A stretch of 64,000 nt of DNA from Octopus sinensis (taxonomy: Eukaryota), in the NCBI RefSeq assembly GCF_006345805.1, contig NC_043005.1, forward strand, positions 3,596,001 through 3,660,000. The letters run 5' to 3'. The position numbers and the translations under genes were made by a program. Under the pieces are notes generated by a model. That model saw nothing but the letters and a program-made list of their open reading frames with translations. It searched no databases and was not told where the DNA came from. How positions within the stretch are numbered: position 1 is the first letter of the stretch; each line of letters opens with the position of its first letter. Shown piece after piece: positions 23,937 to 37,211 of this stretch.

Positions 23937-26900
23937 CTGGAAAATAGAAGGAAAAAGGTTAGTGAGTGGTGTGTAAATAATGTTGATGTTACAAGTTAAA
24001 GTAGGGGAAAGGGGTTAGTTGACAGAAGCAAGCCCAGGACTTGGCTTCCATTTTATCAATCCTGAAGAGACAAAAAGTGAAGTTGACATCAGTTGGACTT
24101 GAACCGAGATGATTACTGCAAGGAATGCGAATGAGAACAAGAGAGATTCACAGACAGACGGATGTTGGTAAGCCTTGGATGAATTGAGAATAATTAAAAC
24201 ATATCAAGCAAAGAATATTTTCATTAAGATTTTAATTATTTCTTTGAATCACACACTAAATCATCATCATCATCATCGTTTAACGTCCGCTTTCCATGCT
24301 AGCATGGGTTGGACGATTTTGACTGAGGGCTGGCGAACCAGATGGCTGCACCAGGTTCCAATCTTGATCTGGCAGAGTTTCTACAGCTGAATGCCCTTCC
24401 TAATGCCAACCACTCTGAGAGTGTAGTGGGTGCCTTTTACGTGCCACTGGTACGGGGGCCAGTCAGGCGATTTAATATCCATTTTCTGTGTTGGCATGGG
24501 TTGGACGGCTTGACAGGGGCTGGCAAGGCTGGAAAGCTGCACCAGGATCCAGTTGTCTGTTTTAACATGGTTTCTATGGCTGGGTGCCCTTCTTTATTCC
24601 AACCACTTTACAGAGTATACTGGATGCTTTTATGTGGCACCAACAATTCCTAGAACTGTTATCTTTCTGGGTAGGTATGAGAGGCTGGATCTGGTTAGTT
24701 TAACCATCAAATAAGAATATTTGGCTCTGATATGGCAGGTGTAAATGCTAAATGGTTAAGGCCTGACCAGAAGTCAAGAGCTGGAATAGATCCTACAACA
24801 CTTCTTGCCCAACAAACCATCACTTTGGGGACTGACAGTTTATTGCTCCCATAGTGATTAAGAATAAGCAAGATGCGATTTGTCAGCTCTTTGCTTCAAA
24901 TTTTACACCTGAAGTCATCAAATAGTTATGTTCCTCTGGTAACAGTGCATGCCCCCACACCTAACCTAAATGTATATACCTTGTTGGAAGGCATGACATT
25001 GTGATTTTCGTCTGAGAGACACTATAGATATATATCGTGTTATAAAGCACAATATATCAGAGTGAGGTGAACATCTCCACAACACTCGTGACTATTTTAC
25101 TCACTGCTTCCTATATATCAAAGCACACATCTCATCCAGGCAAAGGACACGGTATGGCAGTGGCAAGCCCCCAAGCGGAGTGAAACATGTCCGTCATTCT
25201 TGTGAATCACAGTCACGATAACGTTCATCTCTCTCCAATCGTTGAGAGACAAAACCCACAGCATCAGGCCTGTCAATAATGTGTAATGCATTTCATAAGA
25301 GACACAGACAGCTTCTTTAGTTTACTGCTAAATTGTCTTCATATGTCACAGTTAAAACCAGACCATCCGATGCTGTAACACACCACTGGTCACAATGCGC
25401 TTTTGATTGCACCATTCTTTTTAAAAACAGTCAGAGATGTGCAGACAGACAGACAGACAGAGATGGAGAAAAGCACGGGCATAGCTGTGAGATAAGTCTG
25501 CTTCCAGGTCAGTCCCACTGTAAGGCACCTTGAGATATTGTCTTCTACTATAGCCTTGCCCCAACCAAAGTTCTGTGTCAATGGAAACTGAAAGAAGCCC
25601 ATCTTGTGTGTCTTTAGCCTCACCACCACCACTTGGCAACCAGTGTCGGTGAACCTTAACTCAGCAGGTCCCGATAACATTCCCATTCTATGCTGGAACC
25701 CCCTTGATTACAAACCAGCCAAGTTCCAACTGCTAGAAATAACAGCTGAATAAATCCCCTTCAAATTTTCAATCTACCATCTCAGTCCTTTAGCATTTAA
25801 ACCCATCAAAATATTCTACCTGTTTTCTCTTTAAACTGGCCTCATCCAACATCTCACGCATACCCTACAATGTCATTCTAAAAATAATCACATCCCAAGC
25901 TACGAGATAATGCTTCATTGATTTTAAATAACGCGAATAAGCATTGCTTTCGACAGAATTGTCTGAAAACTGAAGGATCTAGAAAGAAAAAGAAAAAAAC
26001 GTTGAGCAATGTTGCTTTTCTGTTCTCTCTCTCTCTCACGCACACACACACAAATGGGACGGTCATGGATGGAACATCTTTCATCAATGTCTATTCGTTT
26101 AGACTTGTCCTGGGACTATTATAATGCCTGAGACGGATCCAGTCTCTGTACTGTGGAGCTACCAACCAACATTCCATCACCCGCACACGCACACTCCCCC
26201 CTCCTCCTCCCACTACTAGAATCCGTGTAACTCGAACAGACATCGAAACGAAAATGTCGCGATGACTTTGATGTTAGATAACTGAAGCAATAAAGAAATT
26301 ATTTATTTGTCATAGTCTGCCCAGGCATTTTATTCCGTGCGTTGATGTTACATTGTCATTCCTGTCAGCTTAAGAAATGACCTTTAGCATCAATCATACT
26401 GTTGACGTCTGAAGAAATATTTTCTTATATTTTATTGGCGATCTTTCGACCTGTGTTTGGATTTTCCATCTTGCATTTTAATAATAATAATAATAATTGT
26501 GTACAGTGCTCAGGACTCAATCGAAAGATAACCTTTCTTTGTCATTAGCATAAAAAGAATAAAGACCTTTACGTAGTGGTGGTCTCCTGTTCTACTTTTA
26601 AAGAACGAGATGAATATTTGTAAACCATTGTAAACTGTTGCTTCTTTGAAGAATTAAGTCTGCCAACGCAAGGGAGGTAATTGCGACGCAAACGGAAGGT
26701 AATTCCCTCGCACAAATAAACACAAATAAAATAGTAGTTACGGAAGGAACTAGTGACACTCAGCACCGGCGGAAAAGGAAATCAATTGGAGATCTTTCGC
26801 TTTAGAGACAAACAAGTGCATATTGAAACATGGCAGCTGAGAATAAGCAAAAATTAAACTGGAACTTTTGAGTAAACGAAACAAATGTAAATGTTTAAAA

Positions 26901-28386
26901 GTAGGGTATCAAAATGTTATAAATTAACGCTTTCATATTTTGTAAAAAGTAATAAAAATTTAACGACTTATTTAGAAAATTAAAAATATTATTTGAAAGT
27001 TTACAGAACAGAAGTTTGTCCAATTATTCGTTTCGGTTACTCGGCATTGCCAAGTTTAGTTTTCCACATTCTTAAATACTATTTTCAATCTTGCAATCAT
27101 ATATCTCTAATGTGAGACCCCCCCCCCCAAAAAAAAGGCATTCAAATATTCGTAAAGCTACACACACGAGATAATCCAAATCTATGTTTGTATTACCTTG
27201 GATTGTTTTTAAATCATTATCAATCCTGCAAATCGCCAGCGCGAAGTTATTGCGCTAACATCGTGAAAACCAATAGGGGAGGGGGGAGCCTGTTAGGTTG
27301 AAATTTAGACATGATTAATTAAATTTATCTTCCGAAGACTTTCAAATAAAAAACCGTACTTTGTACTTTATTTATTTTTCGTTTTGGATTATCTTTTCCT
27401 GTGGCCTTAAACTGGAAGAAAAAGAATTCCATGACGCTTTTCGTGACCTCCAAGGCTGAAAGGAGGGAAAGACTCCACTAAAGGTCCAGATGGAGGTACT
27501 GAATCAGGGTACAGATTAAATCTATTTATCTACCCAAATATACGGCCATCGCAGTACAACAAACACCACAAGTTATCTGATCCAAAATTTCTTGCAGGCG
27601 CAACAAGAAGTTTACTTTCAAACCATAGCAAGTTGATGCAGGGAGTTTATCCCGACCCCCCCGCCTCCGACTTTTAGTTCATGCAACTGAAAAAACTGTA
27701 TTACTTATAAGAATAACCTTTTAGTGAAATCGTAACTATTCCAGAAATAGCAGCCAAGGTCCACCATTCCAACATATATTTCTTTATAGGGGGCTAAACG
27801 GATTAAGTCAATTACATCGACCCTAGTGCGAAACTGGTACTTTATTTATCGACCCCGAAAGGATGAAAGGCAAAGTTGACCTCGGCAGAATTTGAACTCA
27901 GAACGTAAAGACAGACGAAATACCGCTAAGCATTTTGCCCGGCGTGCTAACATTTCTGCCAGCTCGCCGCCTTCACCATTCCAACATATACCCAGCAACA
28001 AACACCCTGCATGTTGATGCATGATAGCCAATACAGTCCTTGATTTTATTAACAGAACTCTATCACGCCACAACTACAGGCACCAACTTGTGTAGTATTT
28101 CAGAAAGAGCAGCTGAGGTACCCTATTCCAGCAATGACAACCACTGAGAACATAGAAGCCACTTTGAAGGCTTGTATGTCAATGCAGGATTGCCAATGGG
28201 AATAATGCAACAATCCTGCACAACTACCAGGAAGAACCATCAGGAAGTGGTGGCACTGTTCCTGTCTATTCACATCTTATATATTGGTTGTTTTGCATGG
28301 AATTATGGGATTTCATTATCATCCCTTGCAATCAATTTTCTCTCATTTAAATGCCTAAACTTCATGTTAACCAATATTTACTCAGA

Positions 28387-28776
28387 AATTCGTCATCGTG
28401 GCACTCCATCGGTTATGACGAGGGTCCCAGTTGAGCTGATCAACAGAACAGCCTGCTCGTGAAATTAATGTGCAAGTGGCTGAGCCCTCCACAGACGTGT
28501 ACCCTTAACGTAGTTCTCAGGGGAGATTCAGCACGACACAGAATGTGACAAGGCTGGCGCTTTCAAATACAGGTACAACAGAAACAGGAAGAAAGAGTGA
28601 GAGAAAGTTGTGGTAAAAGAGTACAGCAGGGTTCGTCACCACCCCCTGCTGGAGCCTCGTGGAGCTTTACATGTTTTCGCTCAATAAACACTCACAACAC
28701 CCGTTCTGGAAATCAAAACCACGATCCTATGACTGCAAGTCCGCTGCCCTAACCACTGGGCCATTGCACCTCCACT
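28387..28776 (-). mobile_element. tRNA-derived SINE (family E)
   Basis: Head gtggaggtgcaatggcccagtggttagggcagcggac with decayed B box. Related pieces near 37800-37960. Confidence 0.65.
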
Positions 28777-30751
28777 ACTCACAAATTAATATTAAATCCT
28801 ATGAAAAGTGTAACCAAATGAATTGAGTTGGATATCTGTAGAAGTGGTATTTGTTGTGACTCTTAATGCTCAGAGTTCAAACCACACCAAGGTGAACTTT
28901 GCCCCTCATCCTTTCAAAATTGATAAAAAAAAACAAAATAAATACCAATCCTGGATACTAGATTGGAAGAATTGCAAGAACATTAAACCTGGTGGTATTT
29001 GCTCTGGCACTTTGTTCCGAGTTCAAATCTCACCATAGCCCACCTGTGTGGTGGACATAACCAATCACTTTGTGTATCCATTCTGTGGCAAGCATCCAGA
29101 CCAGGGTTTCTAGTTTGAGGAGTGGGAACACTAATCTCTGAGGCCCTGTAACAAGTCATCAGCACTGCCTTCCCTCCTAACTAAAAAGAAAAACCTATAA
29201 TGATATATGCAACCTATAAAGTAGACAGGGCTAATTAAGGCGTTTCTCTGTAAATTGAAACAATAATGAACAGCCTTAATCAGTTTTTTAATCTTATTGG
29301 AATCTAATCAGAGGTATCTTTATCAATTTGACCAATCTCAGAGAAACAGGCAGCTCATTTGTTTGTAGACTCAGAAATTACAATAGCTACAGAAAGCTGG
29401 AAGAACTAATCTGCATACTGTAAGTGTTTGTGCTTTATTTAATGCCAAGGGGCCTGTCAACATGGATCTTAGTCCACAGAGCATCAAGCAGGAACAAGCT
29501 ACCTACATAGGCAAGGTAGGCAGTGCATACCCTGAATAATACCCTGAATCAATAGCAACATTTTTCTTTTATGATAACATATGCACCTAATTCAATAAAA
29601 TTATGAAGGTTACTTTATTTTTTTGTAGATTAGGCAGTCATAATTCACTCCTGCCTTTCAATCGCACTAAGTTATGCATAGTACTGCTGTAGTACACAAG
29701 TTGTATGTGTTCCTCCAGGTTTTTTTTTATGTACTATAAAGGCAAAAGTAATTCTACCTTCAACTGAGTCACACGGCTGTGTTTCATTTATTTTTTTTGC
29801 GTGTTTTACCACATAAACGTCACCAACTGCCTACCCTGAGCAATTAATGACGCATATGCCAGGTATCAAGGTATGATATATGTAGTTGGCTGTGACTGTT
29901 GTACACCTGTTGTCTCTTGCAAACCAATTTATAACCAGGTTAAGTCTGATGGCATGGCTAAGGATTCTTGTATGGAGCTCAATACCAAAGCAATTTCTAG
30001 TTACCTTCTCTTCACCTATTTATTTATACCAGTCATTCAGAAAAGCTAAATTCTATTCTTTTTATATTCCCCGTCATTGGCTGGTTTTCATTTATAACTA
30101 TGCCTAATCACATATCCGCTTAATAGAACTCTTAACAGGAAGTCCAACCGTAATGAGAAGAGGGGAGTTCCGTAATTTCAGACAGGGCTGCTATTTCTTT
30201 AACGAAATAGGAAGTGTGTTGGAAAGCTGTGAATAAAATTTTCAATTCCCATCCTGCCAATACACTCCTTTATATATTGAAAACAGGTGCTATCATCGAA
30301 ACTTTTGCAACCCGTCTCTCTTAACTTAATGACACTCAAAATTAACAGCAAGAAGTCAGGGATGTAACACAGCACCTATTACAAGATACAGCCAACCTCT
30401 CAACAGTGTATCAACAATACTAACCTCTCAGCCAGCTACACACGAAAGAGGATTTAAACAGATCATGCTAACAGCAGTTGTTTCCTATATCAGAAATGAC
30501 ACATCTCATCTCGGCTGGCTGTGAGTACATGTTGTTAATGAGGCCCAACAAGGCTGAAATACATCTGGCCTTCTCACTGCTGAGATGATTTTTTCCTGCC
30601 ACTTCAGAATATACTGTGTTTTTAAACACAACACATCCATAAGGGATGTTATCTTTGGGGGAATATTACAGTCACTTGCCTGTCAAAAGTGTGCATATAT
30701 TCTCTCTTTATATACACACATATATACACACACATATATATATAACATGTG

Positions 30752-31015
30752 AAGGTGCATAGCCCAGTGGTTAGGGTGTTGCATTCGTGGGTTCAGTTCC
30801 CAGACAGAGTGGTGTGTTGTGTTCTTTTGTTCTTAAAACACTACATATCACATTGCTCCAGTCCACACAGCTGTAAATGGGTGCACCCTGCATTGGACTA
30901 GCTTTGCAATATCAGGGGCAGATGTTGGCGGCATCATTCAAAAGCTAAAACAATGCAAAGAGCATTGTGACCAGTGATGTATAACAGCATCTGAGAATCT
31001 AGTCAATCACATGAT
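30752..31015 (+). mobile_element. tRNA-derived SINE (family D)
   Basis: Head aggtgcatagcccagtggttagggtg, body cacattgctccagtccac.cagctg. Similar copies at about 56585-56800 and 61105-61392. Confidence 0.65.
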
Positions 31016-31954
31016 ATATATATATATATATAAATACCCCAGTCCAAACCACTCAAGAGCACCCAGTCCACCCAGCTGAGTGGTTGGTGTCAGGAAGGGC
31101 ATCCAGCTGTCAAAACCTTGCCAAAACAATTACAGAAGTCTGGTGCAGGCTTCTGCCTGTCTGGCTCTTCGTAAACTGTCCCACTCGTTCCAGCATGGAA
31201 GGCGGACATTAAACAATAATGATGACACACACACATGTTAGGCTTCTTTCAGTTTCCATCAACCATATCCACTCACAAGACCATTGGTTGCTTGGAGATG
31301 TAGTAGAAGACACTTGCCCAAGGTTAATTTATGGTCAAAATGGTCATGATCACAAAAAATATGATGGCTTTGGATTTCAGTGGATTCTATGAAGACATAT
31401 TTCAGACATATTTCTTTTAACATGTAGCATGGGCTGGACAGGTTGACACCATTTAATGCTGGAATTGGTTGGACAGTTTGTCAGGAAGTGGCAACTCAGA
31501 AGACTGTACCAGGCTCTGAAATCTGCTTTGGCATGGTTTCTACAGCTGGATACCCTTCCCTAATGCCAACCAATTTACAAGAGTGGGAAAAAAGGTTTAA
31601 ATTATCATTATCATTTAACGTCCATTGTCCATGCTGGCATGGGTTGGACGGTTTGACTGGGGCTTGCAAGCTGAGGGGTTGTACCAGATTCCAGTCTGAT
31701 TTGGCAGGGTTTCTACGGCTGGATGCCCTTCCTAATGCCAACCACTCCAAGAGTGTAATGGGTGCATTTACATGCCACTGGCACAGGTGCCAATTGCATG
31801 ACACCAGTATCTGCCATGACTGCAATTTTGCTTGGCTTGTTGGTCTTCTTCTCAAGCGCAACATAATGCCAAAGGCCTTGGTCATTTGTCATTGCCTCCA
31901 TGGGGCCCAACACTCAAAATATAAAAAGAAAGAGAAAAACTGCTGCCAACTCAC

Positions 31955-32103
31955 TCTCTGGCCTTCTTTGTGCCATCGTAAACTCCAGTTGGTAAGTGGT
32001 TAATTAGTCCAAGTCTCTGTGCTATTTTAATCTGCTCTTCTTCTGTTAATAGATTCGCTGGCCGACTCACATTGGGAGACGGGTGATATACCGGTACACT
32101 TTC
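31955..32103 (-). CDS. RNF11: RING finger protein 11, coding exon 2 (149 nt, phase 0/2)
   Basis: ctttttcccag|...|gtgagt. ESVPVYHPSPNVSRPANLLTEEEQIKIAQRLGLINHLPTGVYDGTKKAR matches human VPVYHPTPSQTRLATQLTEEEQIRIAQRIGLIQHLPKGVYD. Phase matches exon 3. Confidence 0.95.
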
Positions 32104-32374
32104 CTGGGAAAAAGAGATTAAAAATATAAATAAACAAATAGCATAACAACAATACAAATGGTTTCAAATTTTGGCACAATGCTAGCAATTTTAGGGGACA
32201 GGGGGTTAGTCAATACTCTCGACCCAGTACTTGACTGGTACTTCATTTTATCAACCCTCAAAAGATGAGAGGTAAAGTTGAACTCAGAATCTAGAGAGGA
32301 AGAAGAAATGCCACCAAGCATGTTTACCAAAGCTCTAATGATTCTGCTGTTTTGCTGTCTTGACAATAATGATT

Positions 32375-32800
32375 TCATTTATTTGCCACAAGGGCAAAGG
32401 ATGGGGGGATACAATACAACAACAGACATAAAGTCTGGGGCGTTACATATGATAATTAAATGATAAAAAAGTATACACGGTATACACTGGAAAAGAAGGG
32501 ACAAATGCATAGCATACAAAGGTAAAAAAAAATGTAGTGGGGGGGGTTGTTAGAGATGTGGCCCTCCTGGTACAGGAAGGTCTCTAGGGATAATCGAGGA
32601 ACCCCAGTCTGAGATTTCTCTGAAACCCTACGAGCAAGTCTACACTTATTGAGATGGTACCATCCACTCTTGCCATTTTCACAACTTTCACTCACCTTCA
32701 AATAAACTCACTCGAGGACAGCACTCCACTCTCCACTCTCAATTTCTTCTTCAAGTGAAACTTGAAAAAGTCAATGAGATCTTTACAAATGAGGAATGGA
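32375..32800 (-). mobile_element. L1/Tx1-like LINE 3' fragment (second subfamily)
   Basis: LIDFFKFHLKKKLRVESGVLSSSEF parallels the ORF end at 42378-42626. 3' tail cccttgtggcaaataaa. Confidence 0.55.
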
Positions 32801-35800
32801 TCTGTCCTCACTGATAATTCTGATATAGGCACAAGGCCTGAAATTTCATGGGGAGGGGACAAACCAATTATATTGACCCCCCCAGTATGCAACTGGTACT
32901 TATTTTATTGACTCTGAAAGGATGAAAGGAAAAGTTGACCTCAGTAGAATCTGAACCCAGAAAGTAAAGACGAAACAAATGCTGCAGAGTATTTTCTTAC
33001 CTGACATGTTGACAATTCTGCCAACATCATCATTTAACGTCTGTTTTCCATGCTGGCATGGGTTGGATGGTTTGACTGGGGTCTGGGAAGCCAGGAGGCT
33101 GCACCAGGCTCCAGTCTGATCTGGCAAGGTTTCTACAGCTGGATACCCTTCCTAATGCCAACTACTCCGAGAGTGTAATGGGTGCTTTTTACGTGCCAGC
33201 CAAAGCGACACTGGCATCGGCCACATTCGGATCGTGCTTTTTATGTGCCACTGGCACAGGAGTCAGTCAGGGCAAGGGGGCTGGCATAATAATGTCCACT
33301 TAATAATAATAATAATAATAATAATAGTTTCAAATTTTGGCACAAGGCCAGCTATTTCGAAGGAAGGCACAAGTCCATTACATCCCCCCTCCCCCACTGC
33401 TCAACCTCGAAAGGAGGAAAGGCAAACTTAAGTTCAAACTCAGAACTTAAAGGCAGACAAAATGCCACTAGATATTCTACCTAGCGTGCTAACAATTCTA
33501 CCATTTCACCATATTATTATGATTATTATTATTATTAATAGAGCATTCAAGTAAATGCCTTGGAATATTTGTTCTGGGTCATGCAGCAAGCTGGCAGAAT
33601 TGTTACTGCACCAAGCAAAATTGCTTTGTGATATTTCATCTGTCTTTATGCTGTGAGTTCAAATTCTGCAAAGGTCAACATTGCTTGTCATTCTTTCAGG
33701 ACTCATAAATTAAGTACCAGCTGAACACTGGAGTCGATCTAATTGACTTACCCCCAGCCCCACCCTCTCCCTTGAAATTGCTGGCCTTGTGTCAACATTT
33801 CTTCTGGCTCTCTACATTCTGATTTCAAATCCCACCAAGGGGATAAGTTTGCCTTTCATCTCTCTAAAAATAAAATGAAACAGTAAAATACTGGGGTTGA
33901 TGTAGTCAAGTAGGCCCCTCCCCTCAAACCTGATGGTTTTCTGCCAAACTTCAAAGCAATTAAGAATAATGAATTAGGACAATTAAAATACACACACGGA
34001 CATACATGTTTACATGCACACACACACACACACACTCATTTATACACACATAGATGTGAATATCAACACATACACAGATGCTTACATGTACACACACATG
34101 CATAGATAAATGCACATGCACACACACACATATACGACTAGCTAAGGCTATTTTCGATAGGTCCGCCTGACTGGCTCCCATTGGCACATAAAAAGCGCCA
34201 TCCGAACATGGTTGATGCCAGTATCCCCCGACTGGCTCCTGTGCTGATGACAGGTAAAAAGCACCCACTACACTCTCGGAGGGGTTGGTGTTAGGAGGGC
34301 ATCCAGCTGTAGAAACATTGCCAGATCAGACTGGAGCCTGGTGCAGCCTCTCCTGGCTTGTCAGTCCCCAGTCAAACCACCCAACCCATGCCAGCATGGA
34401 AAACGGACATTAAACGATGATAGTGTTAGAACATCAGACAAGATGCTTAGTGGTATATCTTCTGGCTAGTTACGTTCTAAGTTCAAATCTGGTTGAAGTC
34501 AAATATTACCCTTTATTCTTCCAGGGCTGATAAAATAAAGTTAAAGTACCAGTCAAAGAAAGTACTGGAGTTGAGGACATTGGCTGACCCCCTCTCCCTC
34601 TCAAAGTTTTAGGCCTTGTACATATGTTGGTTTCCCATTTGGGTGCAAGGGTGGGAATAATTAATTCAACCCCAGGGCTCAGCTGGTACTTATTTCATCA
34701 ACCCCAAAAGTATAAAAGACAAACCTGAGCCAAACTGAATTTGGACTCAGAACATGAAGACAGACAAAGTGCCACTGAAGCCTTCCACCCATCATGTTAA
34801 CAGTTCTGTCAGCTGGCCACCTTGTCTATATATTAGAAACCATGTGTGGACAGGATGCCAGAAGCACTCTTGCTGAAGGACAAGGAGCCAAATGGACACA
34901 ATGCCAAATGGATGTAAAGCCAAACGGACACAATAATAAAGAAAAAAAAAAGCATTCCTATCCACATAGTTTAATGACCAAATCACCAATTTCACACTTG
35001 AAATTTAACGAGATTAAATTTTAATTTTTGTATGTCTGTTCTTCAGCATTGCGTTCGTTTGGCTTCTCATCCTTCAGCAAAAATGCATTCAGCATCCCAT
35101 CCCTGAGCCATTATCAACAGTTAAAGATGGTGAACAGACAGAATCATTACTGATGGACAAACTACCTGTCAGCATTATTTCAAATCTTTATGTTCAGGGT
35201 TCAAATCCTACCTTAGTCAATTTTGCCTTTCATGCATTCAGGCCAATAAAGAGCCAGTTAAGTAGAGTAAGAACATAACCCCTCAACTAAATTTCTGACT
35301 TTGAGCCTACATTAGAAACATTATTATGATTGTTATTATTATCATTATTGTTGGTATTATTACTGCTGCTGGTATTGTTATTATTCAGATCATTATTATC
35401 ATTTTTTTATCAACATTACTATAACTATTATTATTATTATTGTAACTATTGTTGTTGTTGTTGTTATTTTTATTATTATCGAGAATGTGTTCCAGTAAAC
35501 ATTTAGTTCACATATTTGTAATATTAAAAAAGATTTCCTCTGTGCGTGACCTTCAACCAACCTGTTTTTGGTGCAGTCGAAGAAGATTTGCATAGAGAGA
35601 AAAAAGGGGGAAGAAAAACAACTTTTTTATCTGTACACACACATATGTATACATCCACATATATACATATATGTATATATCTTCAAGTTTACTTTCCAAC
35701 CACATGGTTTCAGGTTCAGTCCCACTGCATGGCACCTTGAGCAAGTGTTTAGTATAACCCCTGATTGACCAAAGCCTTACGAGTAGGTTTGGTAGACAGA

Positions 35801-36423
35801 AACTGAAAAAGCCCAATGTATGGACGTGTGTGTGTGTATTGTCCATCACTGCTCAACAACTGGTGTTGGTTTGTTTACGTCCCTGTGACTTTGAAGTTTC
35901 GCAAAAGGGGCTGATAGAATAAGTACCAGACTTTAAAAAAACATGGATATAAAAAAAAAGTACTGGGGCAGGTGCCCCAGCATGGGCTGCATTCTAACAA
36001 CTGAAACAAAGAAAAATAAATACATAAAAACATACATCCACACAAGCATACATACATACATACGTGTGTGTGTGTGTGTGTGAATGAATAATCTAACATT
36101 ATAATATCCGTAAGTTGATGAACAAACTGAATTTGTTTCTCCATTTCTTATTTGTATCATAAATTTAAGGTAAAAATATTTCTTTACCTTCACCCGTTTA
36201 ATACAATAAATGAATTAACTGCATTGCAATTAAAAACATTTGTGTATTAAGAATTTGGGTACTTTACCAACAGTATATTGGATAAATACTATCCCTTAGT
36301 GGGTTACACTCATAACCCCTATCTTACTTTATACTATATATATATACTCTCCTTATTTGCTTCCTTTCCCAAAATAACTCCTATATTGAACTAATATTTC
36401 CCTCTATTTAACTATCTCACATC

Positions 36424-36471
36424 GTCTCTGATGAAGTGATATTCCTAATATCTCAGAAACAGCTGTAAGAC
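36424..36471 (+). ncRNA. Minimal type I hammerhead ribozyme motif with intact catalytic core
   Basis: Stem I GTCT/AGAC, CTGATGA, stem II GATATT/AATATC, GAAA, palindromic stem III ACAGCTGT, GTA cleavage triplet (36465-36467). Confidence 0.75.
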
Positions 36472-36567
36472 TAACCTTCTCTTTATTATTATTAAATGAC
36501 CTGAAAATTCCACATAGCCTTGGCTTTGTTGTCTCATTTTATCTAACATATATACATACATATATAT

Positions 36568-36614
<47 letters not shown>

Positions 36615-37171
36615 TAAATATGCATACACACACTAGCCTGTCTATACTGAAAATTCATACATTACATTCTATACACATACATCACATTTTATACACATCC
36701 CAGTTCACACATAGCATCTCCTCTCAATATACATGTAATACATACACATACACTTCACTTTTCTCAAAGTCAATACAAACTTTACACACAAAACACACAC
36801 ACACAGTTCTGAATCATACACATACACACAAATTTATCTTAGAATGAAAGTAAACACATACACGCACAGACACACACACACACACACACACAGATGCAGA
36901 GAGAGAGAGAGTTAGTGAGTGGCTTGCATAAGCAATACAAATATTACACAGACTCACACCCAAAACTTGTCTGAACACAAAAGCAACCCCCCCCTTCCAG
37001 CCATGCCTACACACAAAGAAGAAAACAAAAAAACTTATCCAGTTGAAGTATTGTGTGAGTGTGTGCGTACACATGCTTATATACACACACACACATATAT
37101 ACACACACACAGATAAATAGATATATATATATACAAAAACATATACACTCACTCACATGTTAATATATACA

Positions 37172-37211
<40 letters not shown>

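Noticed and set aside
30349-30520. Open frame ending at a GGCT|gtgagt donor on the + strand
   Set aside because: Poor acceptor and no recognisable protein similarity.
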